Below are positions 12,011 through 24,520 of a DNA stretch of 64,000 nt, piece after piece; the stretch's first letter is position 1; each line of letters starts with the position of its first letter. A program made the translations under genes and the position numbers. Below the pieces are notes generated by a model. The model was given only the letters and a program-made list of their open reading frames with translations. It searched no databases and had not been told where the DNA came from. Source of the stretch: the human T2T-CHM13v2.0 reference genome, Homo sapiens; the NCBI RefSeq assembly GCF_009914755.1, contig NC_060932.1; one strand, written 5' to 3'.

Positions 12011-13309
12011 GTGAGTCGGGGCATTGGGGGTGTGGTGGATGGCCACATGGCCCCCCAGAGACTTCCACCGCCCTGGAGGGTGAGGGCTGGCCATGCCCTC
12101 CCCCCGTGTGACCCTGATCATCTCACAGAGGCTCAGGGAGGGTGGGGCCCCAGGGGCTGGAGGCTGAGCCCCTTGGGCATCCCCTCCCTGTTGGCCAGCC
12201 AGCTTCTCCCTGGCAGCGAGCAGTGGGCAGCAGTATTGAAAGAAACCGGGCCATCAGGGCCTCCCCCTCTGTCAGTTGGTCCATTAGTCACTCTGAGCCT
12301 CAGTTTCCCCATCTGTTCGGTGGGGAGCCCCCCTCTGTACGGTGCTGGTGAGAGGGAGGGCTGTTTGAGACATGAGCTCTGGGCACAGTGGGCACACCCC
12401 CCACAGCAGGCCTGTGGCAGGCAGGGCAGGGGTCGGAGGCTTATTTCACAGATGATGTCACTGAGACCCTGAAGGGTCAGCTGGACCAGGTCCTTGGGGC
12501 CTTAAATGGCAAGCCAGGAAGCTTGGGGTCATCCTAGAGGCAGTATGGTTCACCGGGTAGGGAGAAAGGGTCTGGGGCTCAGGATGGGCAGAAGAACTGG
12601 GGTGGGGAAGGGGAACCGAGGCTTGGAGGGAGGGCCTGGCTGCAGGGAGGGGAGCAGTGGGGAGCGCGAGGCAGGAGGAAGTGACTGATGCTGGCTGAGT
12701 GGGAGGGGCGGAGCAGGCCTGGCTCACTGTGGAGCCCCTGGGGACAGGATGTGGCACCCCCTTGGAGCACTGCCCTGTCTAGGTGGCAGTAGGGGGTAGA
12801 CATAGCTGAGGGCCCAGGGGGTGAGTGCTGAGAGGGAAATCCAAACACTGTCCCCAGAGATGAGAGAAGCAAATACCTGGCCTGCCGAAGTCAGGGGTGG
12901 ATCAGGAGGGGATGGGGACATTGAAGTGGGGTTCTGAAGGATGAAGAGGAGTTTGTTTGACAGATGACATGAGGTAGGCTGCTCAGGGTAGAGGGAACGG
13001 TCCTTATTGGGTTTCAGGTTTCCATGGGCACCACAGGTGGTGTCCAGAGATCTGGAGAATGTGGGGCTGCTTACTGGGAGGGGGGTGGGGAGGGGGCAGG
13101 ACAGATGTGTGAGCATAGGACCAGGTGCTGAGGCCACGGGGCCTGAGCCCCAGCATTCAAGCATCGCGTCAGGAAGGAGGGTCGGCCAGAGACCCCAAGA
13201 GAAGAGCCAGGAAGGGCCCAGGCCTGGGGAAGGAGGGACAGTCAGGTGGCCTTGGCCCTGCCAGCCTGGTGCCCCTGCTGTGTGGCTCTAAGCAGGTGGG
13301 TCCCCCCCT

Positions 13310-13440
13310 CTGGTACTGTCCCCATCTGTAAAATGGGGGTGACAGTGGCTGCCTGGGGTCTCCTGAGGATTCTAAGGCTAAAGAGTGGGTGTGACCTGCC
13401 CTGCATGCCGAAGGCGCTTAATAAGTGCCAGTTTTCTTCT
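13310..13440. mobile_element. MIR SINE fragment
   Basis: cccatctgtaaaatggggg core and gcttaataagtg tail. Confidence 0.55.
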
Positions 13441-13538
13441 GCCACTTCCCAGCTCACCCCTACTCCTGAGAGGCCGGCAGCACCTCTCTGCACGCCCCTC
13501 TGCACACGGGCGGTGCTGATGGCCTGTCTCCTCCCCAG

Positions 13539-13605
13539 CTGCTGGCTCTCCCTGGAGGGGGGACTGCTCTATGCCTTCGTGGGACCTGCCGCTGCCGTTG
13601 TGCTG
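13539..13605 (+). CDS. ADGRB1: ADGRB1 window exon 6 (CWLSLEGGLLYAFVGPAAAVVL, ECL2-TM5)
   Basis: ctccccag acceptor, CTG|GTACTG donor, 67 nt; conserved CWL motif. Confidence 0.95.
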
Positions 13606-15842
13606 GTACTGACCCGCCCAGGCCCCACTCCCCACGACCCCACCTGGGCCCCCCACCTGCCTCCTGGGCCTCGGTGCTGTCTCATGCCCCAGGCTGTGCA
13701 CCTGCTGTCCCTTCAGGATGGCCCTCATGGCCCTCATCACCAGGGGGTGGGGGTGCCCACAGCCCCACTCTGACCTGCCCTTGGCATGCAGTGCAGGGGC
13801 TGGGCCAGGGTAGTGACCCTTCACACCTGTGAGTCTCGGCTTGCCTGATTATTGGGTGCCAGCTGTGTACCTGCCAGGAGATCCCCGCGGGTGTGGTGAG
13901 TGAGTGGCATGGGAGGAAGCTGGGGATGGACGGATGATGCGAGCAGCGGGGAGCTGCAGGCTGGACCTGGGTTGTGGGTGTCTGGCCCCAGAGCGCCAGA
14001 TGTGAGGCTGGTGACCGCGGCTGCTTGCCCCTTCGGGGGCCCCGGTGAGGACCTTCCCTGTGTGGGTCCTTGGGCTTTCCTTCCCGCTCTCCTCCCACCT
14101 TAGTGTGGAGGAAGGCAAGACTGTGGCAGGTGGCACGCAGGGTCACCGTCCTGGGGTCACAGATGAGCTGCGGCAGCCTGGGGGACCCGCCTGGGGTCAC
14201 TGGCCTCTACTGGGTCCAGCTCTGAGCCCACTCAGCCAGCCCCCACCTCTCTACTCTGGCAGAGCACCAGGGTTCACACCCACCCTCACATCCCCTCCCC
14301 TCTCGCCCCAGGAGAGGCCATCCACTTCCAGTAATTCCTGCTGCCATGAGCGGTGTCTCTGCAGGGCCACACCCCATCCTAGTGGGGACTCAGGCACAGG
14401 CTGGGCCTAGCAGAGAAACGTGCATGAGGGGTGATGGGGAGCTAGCCCTGTAGGGGCAGTTGGGGAGCCTACTGGGGGTTGGAGGGGCAGTGGGGCGCCA
14501 TCCTTGGGCAGCCCCAGACCCCTCCCCACAGCCCTGGCTGTGGGATCCTACCTTCTTTATTCCTTCCTCCAGGCGGGAGGCAGGAGAGGCGTGGGGTACC
14601 TGGCGGTACCCCAGGCACCTGGGGATGGAGGTTGTGGGAAAGGGGACAGAGACAGGAGTCCCACCCTGTACACCCCTCCCCAGGATGTGTCAGGAAGGCA
14701 GGCTGACCCTGGCGGCTGTGGGACCCGAGCCCCAGCAGCCCCTCCTGTCCTTGGGGCCACGTGGGGCAGGCTGGGCAGAGCCTGCTGCAGGCAGTGGTCC
14801 GTCACTGGTGTCCATCCTCTCTTCTCTGCTCCGGCCACATCAGAAAAGTAGGCTGCCCAGGAAAGAGGCCACCACCCATCAGGCTGGCCAAGGCTGTGAT
14901 GTGGGTGTCTGGGAACTCTGCATCCATTGTGGAAAGCAGGCCGGCTGTGTGGTCATGAGCCCTGAGCTGGAGGGCTACACGGTCTACCACCCTGGTCTTC
15001 TGGACGTGAAATGCCTGGTCAGGGGTCCATGGAGTCCTGGGGTCTCCCAGCCTCCAGCTTCTGGAACCTGGGCCTGAGGAAGTCAGGCCTTGCCCCTCGG
15101 GGTCCTAGCAGCATCTTTCTGCAGAGTGGGGATGCAGGAGGAGGGCCTCAGGGAGCCTCTGGCAGTTGGGGAGCAGAGAGTATGGCCTGAGACTCCTCCT
15201 TCCCCCCAGCAGAGGAGGCCAGGAGACAGGGGGAGACCCCAGGATGCTCAGGGCCAGTGGCTTCCCGGGGGTGCTCCAGGAACAGCTCTTGTATTGACTG
15301 GTAGCCTGGACAGTGGCAGGCATGGGAGACTTATGTTAGAGCCCAAGAAGAGCCTCCCTGGGTGCAGGTGCCCAGCCAGGGCCCTTATGGGGTGGGCAGT
15401 TAATCTGATGGGAATAGGGGAGGGAGATCAGGAAGGAAGTCTAGAGAGAGGAGGTGGCCTGCCCAGAGCAGAGAGCCAGGAGGAGTGTGACCCCAGGGAG
15501 AGCCAGGATTGGTGTCCCTTAGACAGGTTTCAGCTGCAGGCTGGCAGGGGCCTCCGGGCCCTGTGGGTGGGGAGCTCGCTGGTGGAAGGGATGCAAGGAG
15601 TTGCAGCAGAGGTGCCGACGGTGCGGGTGACACACAGAGAGGGCCCTGCACAGTTGGCAGCTGGGCTGGAGGTCACCTGACATCCCATCAGGCACTGGGG
15701 TTCCTGTGATGGAGGCACGGGAGGTGACCCTGGGTGGGGTAGGGGGTCGTGGTTGGCGTAGCCAGCATCGGTCCGGCCAGTGTCAGCCCCTGAGCCTACG
15801 GCGGCCCCCACCCCCACACCCCCACCACTCTCTGCCCGGCAG

Positions 15843-15928
15843 GTGAACATGGTCATTGGGATCCTGGTGTTCAACAAGCTCGTGTCCAAAGACGGCATCA
15901 CGGACAAGAAGCTGAAGGAGCGGGCAGG
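15843..15928 (+). CDS. ADGRB1: ADGRB1 window exon 7 ([30 protein letters not shown]5-ICL3)
   Basis: cggcag acceptor, GG|GTAGGA donor, 86 nt, ends in phase 2. Confidence 0.96.
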
Positions 15929-17845
15929 GTAGGACCGGGGCTACGCGGCTCCTTGCCCACCCGGAGTGCAAGACCCAGAGCCCACCCAGCCCCGGGGGAT
16001 GGAGAACGCTCCATGCCCAATCTGAGACTGCAGGTCCAGGGACCCCGGAGCGGGTGGGAAACGGAGGCACTGAGTACAGAGGCCCCTTAGGCTCAGCCAG
16101 CCCCTGCCTCTCACCGTGCCTCAGTTTCTCCATCTGACCTGGACAGGGTGGGTCCCATAAAGTCCTCAGAAGCTGTGAGACTGATTGTGCAGGGACACCC
16201 CGCCTCTGCCTGGCTTGCAGGATGGCAGCAGGGTGCCCCCAAGGCTGGGTGCTGGGGGTCCCTGGCCCCCCACTCCCCTACCACAAGGCTTGCTCCATGG
16301 CCAGGGGGAGGATGTCGCCTGTCCATGCAGGGACTCCCTGTCTTTGTGGGACCTTCATCATGGGGAGGATGGTGGAGAGGACAGGTGGAGCTGATGTTCC
16401 TCCCTCCGGGGAACCCAAGCCCAGGGAGTGCTCTCAGCACAGCAGCTGGACAGGGTGCTGGAGCAAGACAGAGGCGCTTGGGATGTGTGGCTGCACCCAC
16501 CTTTGAGGGACAGGGCCCTGGGCACAGAGGGGAAGCTGCGGGGCGTGGGGAGCTGACTAGGGCGGACAAGCCCCTCTTGGTCCTCCCGCCCCTCACCTCT
16601 GCCTGCTGTTCTGTGTCATCCAGCCCTGGCTGGTGTCTGCGTGGGCCCCTCCCCTCCGTGCCAGTCTTGCTTGGATGCTTGGTGTCTCTCTGTCTCTCTC
16701 TCTGTTCCTGTCTCTCTCTTCCTGGCTCCTCCTGCTGTCCCCAGTGAACAGACGCTTTCAGGAAGCCTTCCCCTTGGGTGCCTGTGGGTTCTGGTCCTGG
16801 TTAGGAACCAGCCGAGCTGGTGTCTGATGCTGAGTGCGTGCCATGGCCCTGGGGTCTGTCACTCTGGGTGGGAGTCGCGGTGCTTTGTCTCCTGGCCTGG
16901 GAGATGGAGGCTGGAACAGGCCTCTCTAAGGCCTTGCCCTACCTGTCCCCGGAACACCCTGTCCCACACTGCTCCCAAGACAGTGGTCACACTCAGAAGA
17001 GGTCCCCAGGGCTACACATCCAGGGTCTGAGCATGGCAGACTGCCTACCTGGTCGTAAAAGCAGCAGTGATCTCAGGGGCTCACCCAGGGTGGATGTTTT
17101 GTTTGCTTCTTAGAATAACCATTGTGGCAGATTCTATGGTTATAGTCCCATCTTAAAGCTGAGAAATGGAGGTTTAGGGAGGTTGAGTGGCTGATGGAGC
17201 TGAGCTTCCAGGCCAGGTGGGCACACACTAGAACTAAGCCCAGGCGGCCTGCACTCTGCCCACCTCACCCTGTGTGTGCCACGGGGGCCAGCTGCGTTAG
17301 GTGCACACAGCCCAGGAGCGCACCCAGACTCGCCTGTGTGGCCGTGTAGGTCTCGCCGCCCACGTAGACGGGATGGAGGTTGGGGTGGAGGGGCACCCAG
17401 TACACCGGTCTATGTGTGCACGCACACCCACACGCATGGGCACACACACGTGGGCATACACATGCCACGAGGACCTGCACGAGGTCCCTGCCCAGGTCAG
17501 CTCCCTCGCAGACACACGGAAAGGGGACTGGAAGGCGCAGCGGCCTCCCTCTGGGAATTTTGCCGCTTTGTGCAGACGGAGGCAGGGTCCACCCTCAGCT
17601 GAGCGCAGGGACCCCTCACTACCTTCCCCCCATGCCTGCCACTTGCAGCCCTCAGCCCTGCCCACCACAGCGCCCACGCCCCAGGCCTGAGTTCGTGAGG
17701 TGGCTGAGAGCCCCCAGGACCGTCCCTGTTGGGGCCCAGGCTGGACTCCTGAGGGGCTGGTTTTGCACTTTGGCCCCGCCCCTCCTGCCTGGTTTCCGAG
17801 AGCAGGGCGCTTGCTTTCGTTTCAGCCTTTTAATTTCACTTGCAG

Positions 17846-17944
17846 TCAGCCGCCCCCGCACCCCCTCGGGCGCGCCCTCAAGTGTGCCGAGTGTGGAGTC
17901 CTCTCTGCCGCCGATGCCACCTCCGACGCCACCAGTAACGCCAT
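17846..17944 (+). CDS. ADGRB1: Alternative in-frame ICL3 cassette exon (QPPPHPLGRALKCAECGVLSAADATSDATSNAM, +33 aa)
   Basis: ttttaatttcacttgcag acceptor, AT|GTTAGT donor, 99 nt, phase 2/2. The peptide resembles the ADGRB3 ICL3 segment (LKCAKCG...ASNAM). Confidence 0.85.
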
Positions 17945-18459
17945 GTTAGTGCCTCCGCTGCCACCTCCCTCCTAGGCCCACCCTTGGGGCTCCGCGCTCT
18001 GAGTCACCTTCTGTTTGTTTTATGTTTATCTTTCATTTCTTCCTTTTCTACCGTCCACTCTGGGTTTCTAGGCCACTCCCGTCCCCCCGATCCACTGCCC
18101 TCAGCTCCTCCTTCCATCCTCCCCACAGGCCTGCTCTAGGCCTGGCAGCACAAGGCACCGCGGGTGCAGGGCGTGGGGCCGGGCCTGGGCACAGGTGGAG
18201 TGCAGCTGTGGGCTGCGCTGCGGTAGGGAAGGAGCGGTGGTCAGTCCTGTCCCTCTGGGGCCCGAGTGTGTGCCAGGCTGCAAGCTGTGGTTTCTTGCTT
18301 CTGGAGTTGAACCTCCACCCCCACCCCTGGTGCTGCTGGCACGGAGCCCAGGATGGCTGATGCCTGGGCAGGGGTCTGCACCCATGACACCCCCGCAGTT
18401 CTGTGGTGGGGCGAGGAGACTGGCCCTGGCCTGCCTGATGGGAAGCCTCCCTCCCTGTG

Positions 18460-19560
18460 AGTGCACATGAGCACACATGTGAGAGCATGGCTAGGTGTGT
18501 GCATGTGTGTGAGTGTGCATGCATGCCACTGGGGGTGTGTGGGTATGCATGTCACCAGGTATGTGTGTATGAGTGTGCATATGTGAGTGTACATGAGTGT
18601 GCATTCGTGTGAGAGCATGACCAGGTGTGTGCAGATGTGTTTGTGTGTGTGTGTGTGCCCATGTGAGAGTACTTGCTTTTGTTTCAGGCTTTTAATTTCG
18701 CTTGTAGCCAACCGCCCCCATACCCCCTTGGGTGTGCTCTCAAGTGTACTGAGTGTGGAGTTCTCTGCCGCCAGTGCCACCTCTGATGCCACAAGTGTGC
18801 AAGTGTATGTGTACATGTGTAAGAGTGTGCCTTGATGTGTGCAAGCATGCATCTATGTGTGTGAGTGCAACCCACTGTGCATGTGTGAGCGTGCATGTAT
18901 GTGTGTGAGTGCAACCCAGTGTGCATACGTGTGAGCATGCATCTGTATATGCGTGTGTGAGTGTGCATCTGTGTGTACCTGTGAGCGTGCATCGGTGTAC
19001 CTGTGAGCGTGCATCTATGTGTGTGAGTGCAACCCAGTGTGCATATGTGTGAGTGTGCATCTATGTGTGTGGACGTGTGAGGATGCATCTGTGTACCTGT
19101 GAGTGTGCATCTGTGTGAGTGCAACCCGGTGTGTGTATGTGTGAGTGTGCATCTGTGTGGGTGCAACCTGGTGTGTATACATGTGAACGTGCATCTGTGT
19201 GGATGTGTGAGCATGCATCTGTGTGTGTACCTGTGAGCGTGCATCTGTGTGAGTGCAACCCAGTGTGCATACGTGCAAACGTGCATCTGTGTGTGTGAGC
19301 GCAACCTGCTGTGCGTATGTGTGAGCGTGCATCTCTGTGTGTGAGTGCAACCTGGTGTATATACATGTGAGTGTGCATCTGTGTGTGAGTGCAACTTGAT
19401 ATTTTGCGTTAGTGTGTGTGTATAAGTGTGAGTGTGTATATAATTGGGCATGTGCCTGTGTGTGCGTGTGTGTGTATGAGCGTGTGAGCATTGTGTATGT
19501 GGGAATGTGTTTATAGGTGAGTGTGTGAATGCGTGTGTGTGTGTGTACGCATGTGTGCCT
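18460..19560. repeat. TG-rich low-complexity/minisatellite array (gtgtgagtgcaacc / gtgcatctgtgt units)
   Basis: Directly visible. Confidence 0.93.
18672..18796 (+). pseudogene. Decayed local duplicate of the ICL3 cassette exon and its acceptor
   Basis: Aligns by eye with 17810-17937. Shows a 2-nt deletion, TGA at 18784-18786 in the frame entered from the homologous acceptor, CpG-to-TpG/CpA changes and loss of the ancestral donor. Confidence 0.9.
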
Positions 19561-22500
19561 GAGAGCAGGAGGCAGCCAGGGCCAAGGGAACAGGGAAGGA
19601 AGGGTTCAGGGTCAGGGGCTGATCTGCTGACCTTGGGCAGCCTTAGCAGCTGTGCATAGGGCAGGGCGGTATGGGCTCAGGTGGGTGGGGCCAGTTGGGC
19701 TTTCCAGCCTGAGGGGTCATTTCGTCCGTGCCCTGCCTCCCTCAACCCAAGGTGAGGGTGGTGCGCCCAGGTGCATACCCCTGTACCCTCCTGCTTTGCT
19801 CCCTGAGCCAGGCACTAGGGGTCCAGGGTTTTAGGAGCCGTGGGAGAAGAGCTCTGGGCCCTGGCACTGTGCAGATGCGAGTCGGGGCGAGGCTAGCCTG
19901 GGTGGGAGGAGCAAGCCCGGAGCTGGGGCAGCGTCCACACTGGCCTGCCAGGCCCCGGGAAGTTCAGGTTCTTTGGGGCTAGTGTTGCCCTTTCTTTGTC
20001 TCAACACCAGGGATGTGGCAGGGGCTGTGGGATCCACCCCATCTCATTCCATCAGAGAGAAGTGGGGGCCAGAAGGATGTTCCCTTTGCAGTCACTCAGA
20101 GCCTCTCCCCGCACCCCGGGCACCTGCCTCTCCAGACAGGAGCAGGCGCGGTGCAGCTGGGCACTCCTGGCCTCCCCTTCAGCAGCTCCCGGGCCTTTCT
20201 GCTTCCTTCCCACCGCTCTCTGCAGAAATGTTTCCCAGCCGCAGAGGCTGAGCTGCTGTGTGGGAGTAATTTACAGGTCCCCAGGCCCCAGGCCACCTGC
20301 CAGCCGCAGCAGATCGGGCTGTAAATGTCAGGCCTGGAGACCCAGCTGCACCACTGTATCCCCTGACGGGCAGCAGCAGGGGTGACTGACAGCAGGCAAA
20401 GAAGTCTCCATGGGGAGGGAAGCCTTGCACCTCCTCCCTTAGGACTTGGGTGAGGAGAGGAGTCCAGGGTCCCGGCTCAAAGAATACCAGCTTTGGAAGG
20501 GAGAAGAGAGATTCTCCAGCTTATCGCCATGGGAAAACCGAGGCCCCAGCCGAGGGGTCCTGCTCTGTGTCAGTGAGTGTTTCCTTGGCTCTGTGAATAT
20601 TGATGGAGGGCCTCCTCATCACAGGCCCTGTGCCAAGTGCAGGGACACAGCAGTGAGTGACAGCCAGGGCCCTGTCCGCTGCTGCAGCCTGGAGGGAGCA
20701 GCACGGTCATGGGCAAGGGAGGCCTCTCCGGACGCCTGAGTTCCCAGGCGTGGGGTGCACAGGGAGCAGGGGCAGGCTCTCCAGGGCCAGGGGAAGGGCC
20801 AAGGAGGTTGGTGGCCTCTAGTACACTCCAAAGTTGTACAGGGAAGAAGGAGTCCCATGAGGCTATTAGAGCCCATCCTATGTCCAAGAGCAGGAGGGGC
20901 GGGTGCGTGGCCAGGGCCACGGTACCCTGAGACCCGGGAGGCACTGGCCATGCAGGACCAGGCCCTCTGTCCTGGTGTTGCTCTGGGCTCTGGGCCTGCA
21001 CGTGTCCTAGCCATGGGTATGTGGTCATGCCTGAGGCTGGGGCCAGACAGATCCCTGCCGGACAGCATCACTGAAGAAAAGCAGACCAAGGCCTGGGGTA
21101 GAGGGCCGGATGGAGGAGAGGAGGAAGAGAGTCCAGGAGGCAGGCATGGCTGGCTGTGCCTGCTGAGAGGTCCTGAGAGATGACGACACAGATATCCCTT
21201 GGGGGCTGGGCCCTGCACAGGTGTTCTGCACTAGGGGTGGGAGCAGCATTGGTGGCCAAGCCACACTAGAGAGGGCTGAGGAGCAGAGCGTGTGGTTTTG
21301 GAGGCCCTTGTCCTGGCAGACTCCAGGTCATTCCAGCATCTCTCCTGCCAGCCCTGGTGTGCCAGCTCCTGCCTGGCATTCTGACCGCACACCTGGGCCC
21401 CCTACTCCCTATTCAGTCCTCCTGCCCCAGCTCCCCCTGTGTAGGAGGAGGGGAGGAGGGAAGCTGGCGCCAGCACCCATTCCGGGTGGTGATGACAGTC
21501 CTGCGGGCTGTGGGGCCTCCTGCGGGCAGGCACAGGGCCACCTCCCGAGCACTCACCGCAGCCGGGGTCCTGCTGGCCTCTGTCTGTGTTCCACAGCCCC
21601 GGGAAGCAGGTTGGTGTCCCCACTGTGAGCAGGAGAGCACAGGCTCAGAGGCCACGCGCGGAACCCAGTGGGTGGATGTGGGGAGGGGCCCAGGCCTTCA
21701 CTGCTCCCAGCGAGGCTGGGCTGCAGGGGCGAGGGCTGCTGTGAGGCTCCTGGAGGACCTCCTGGGAGGGGGTGGCACTGAGCGGCAGAGGCAGCAGGAA
21801 GGGTCTACAGGCAGGTGGCCGCTGGGGCTCAGGAGGCATGGGCGGAGCTGGCCCACGAAGAGGAGGAGGCGCCTGTCAGTCTGTCTGTTGCCGTCTGTCT
21901 CTGTCTCTCCTCTGCTCCTCCCCTGCTGGCCTTGGCCGTCTGTCTGTCCTCATCTCATTCCCTCTAAGCTTCTCTCTCTCCAGGTCTCTGAGTTCTGGGC
22001 TCCACCCTCCCCTCCCCACCATGGCCATCTTGCTCTGCCCTTCAGGGCCTGGACCCCTCGCCTGGGGCCTGTGGGCTCTCTGAGGGTCCTGGACCAGGGG
22101 ATCCTCCTTGGCGCACCCCACACCAGACAGCCCATCCCTCTCCAGCCTGTCTCCCTTCCCCTGTCACCTCCTAGACTGTCAGGAACCTGGATCTTCCCAA
22201 AGAGCCCTTCCCCCTTGCCCAGCTTCTCAGGACCTCCCTCCTGAGTCCTTGGGTCCACTCAGAGACCTTGGGCTTGGGGAGGGGGTGCTGGGACCTCAGT
22301 GTTGACGGTGGGCTCCTCCCCAGCCTGGGGCAAGGGCTTGAGAGGGGAGGGGCAGAGTGTGGGACAGGATTGGGGGAGTCCTGGGGAGGAGAGAGGGTGC
22401 AGACGCAGCCTGGGCAGTGGTGGACCCCTAGGGAGACTCACCCCAGAGAGGAAGGGCTGCTTGGCCCAGGCCCCCAGAGACAGAGACGGGGACTTAGGGC

Positions 22501-22595
22501 TGGGTCCCCACCGAGGCCTGGAGATGCAGGGTTCAGGGCAGGGTGTCCCTGGGGGCAGGGGCGGGGGCGGCAGCGCTGACACCCTCCATCCCCAG

Positions 22596-22767
22596 GGCCT
22601 CCCTGTGGAGCTCCTGCGTGGTGCTGCCGCTGCTGGCGCTGACCTGGATGTCGGCTGTGCTCGCCGTCACCGACCGCCGCTCCGCCCTCTTCCAGATCCT
22701 CTTCGCTGTCTTCGACTCGCTGGAGGGCTTCGTCATCGTCATGGTGCACTGTATCCTCCGTAGAGAG
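22596..22767 (+). CDS. ADGRB1: ADGRB1 window exon 8 ([17 protein letters not shown]...[15 protein letters not shown]6-TM7)
   Basis: atccccag acceptor, GAG|GTGGGT donor, 172 nt. Confidence 0.96.
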
Positions 22768-24319
22768 GTGGGTGAGGCAGCCTCTGTCGGGCCGGGCTCC
22801 TGCGGGGTCCTGGGGCTGCCGAGTGGCCTCCTCCTTCCCCGAGGACCTCGGCAGGGAGATTGTGGGTAGGCGCAGCATCCATGACCCTGACACATCTGCA
22901 GGCCTCGGTGGTCCACAGAGCGGGGCCTGCAGGTGAGCGTGTCCACCCCACTCTCCCTGGGAGCGGCCCAGGCAGTGCAGCACCTTCCCAAGGATGCCCT
23001 GCGCCCGCACTGGCTTGGGGGCGTGGGGGACGAAAGCACATGGGGCCCCCATCCTCAAGGGGCCTACAGGAGTGAGGAAGCTGGCAGCAGAAGTAGCTTC
23101 CAGGGCAATAGAGACTCCTGCTTCCGGCGTTTTCTGGATCTTTCCAGAAGGTGTCACTAGAAGGTTTTCACCAAACTACATCCCAACTACCGCCTGGCTG
23201 GTGGCCACGATTGGGATGCTCTTGCGGAGGCTGGAATGTGGGAAAGCATGCATGTCGACCTGGGTGGCGTAGGACACCTGCTTCCAGATCAGCGCCAGGA
23301 GGGCGGAAGGCCCAGGAGCGGGGCGGCCACCTCCCCCTTCCTGGGTCCCCCTGGAGAGACGGCAGAGGGGCTGTTGAAAAGCACACAGGTTCCCGAGGAT
23401 GAAGAATACAGGAGAAGCCGACAGCAGGGGAGCCGGTAGGCAGGGAAGCAGGATGAGAGGTGCAGTCCCAGCTAACTGGAGACAGCCCAGGCTTCGGCCA
23501 GCTGCAAGGAGCCAGACGGTGTCAGGAGTGGGGCCCGCCCCCTCCCCAGGATCTCTGGCTGCCACAGGAAGGTCAGGCGTGGGAGGCCTGGTTTTCCGGC
23601 CTTAGGTGGCGATTTCCATCCCAGCCTGGAAGGGCAGGGCTGCCCTCTTGGCCTCCGCGGCCTGGGCCTCACTCTCTGGGCAGAGTGAACAGAGGGGCTC
23701 TGGCCTGGGGCAGCTGGCACAGCTGAAGATGGGGATGCCGCCTGGAAACAAGTCAGGGAAGTGGATGTGCTGAGCCTGGGTCACGTGTCAGCGCAGGCCT
23801 CCCAGACCCAGACCTCTGCGGGGAGGTGTGAACGCCCCTCTCAAGGCAATCTGACTTCGAGGAAAGACAAGAGGAGGAAGAGCCAGAGTTCTGATGTCCA
23901 GCAGCGAAACGGCTCCTGTACCAGTCAACCACCAGCCGGGCAGTGCTCCACACTTACATCCCAGCAGCTCCTGATGAGGACAGCAGAGCTCCTGTTGGAG
24001 TTGCAACCCAACCAGACAAGCAGGAAAACAGCGTGGGGACAGAGGCAGCCCAGGAAGGAGAAACCTCAGTGGCCCCTTCTTATCCTCACCTGGGAGAAGC
24101 CGCTCACCCTGGTGCACGCCACATGGGCCAGGCCCTGGTCCCAGCAATGAACTCGTGTTAGTGAATCTCATGACAGCTTCTAAAGCAGGTGCCACCTGCT
24201 CCGTTCCAGACAGGACAGCTCCAGGGAGCTCGTCACAGGAGCTCATCACCATGGCTGGGATTTGAGGCCAGGCGGTTCTTCTTTGAGGCCACACTCCTGG
24301 CCCCCAGTGCCTGGCTTCT

Positions 24320-24520
24320 GTGAAACAAGAACAGTAGCCTATGAAAAAGGAACAAAAAGAGCCTTGTGGAAATTAAAAACAGAGAGCAGCTCAAAGCTCA
24401 GTAGAAGGAAAATGGAGGCAAAATATCTCACAAAATAGAAAAGACGGAAATTGGAGAGATTTCTCAAACAATTAGGCAAATCCCCAAGGACCAACTGACC
24501 GGTGACGGGAGCTGCAAAGG
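24320..24520 (+). mobile_element. Ancient HAL1/L1 ORF1-like fragment (may extend upstream)
   Basis: A-rich aaagagccttgtggaaattaaaaac...tcagtagaagg...atctcacaaaatagaa segment within GC-rich surroundings. Confidence 0.45.

Noticed and set aside
18684-19491. His/Thr-rich minus-strand ORFs
   Set aside because: Translation of the CA/TG repeat.
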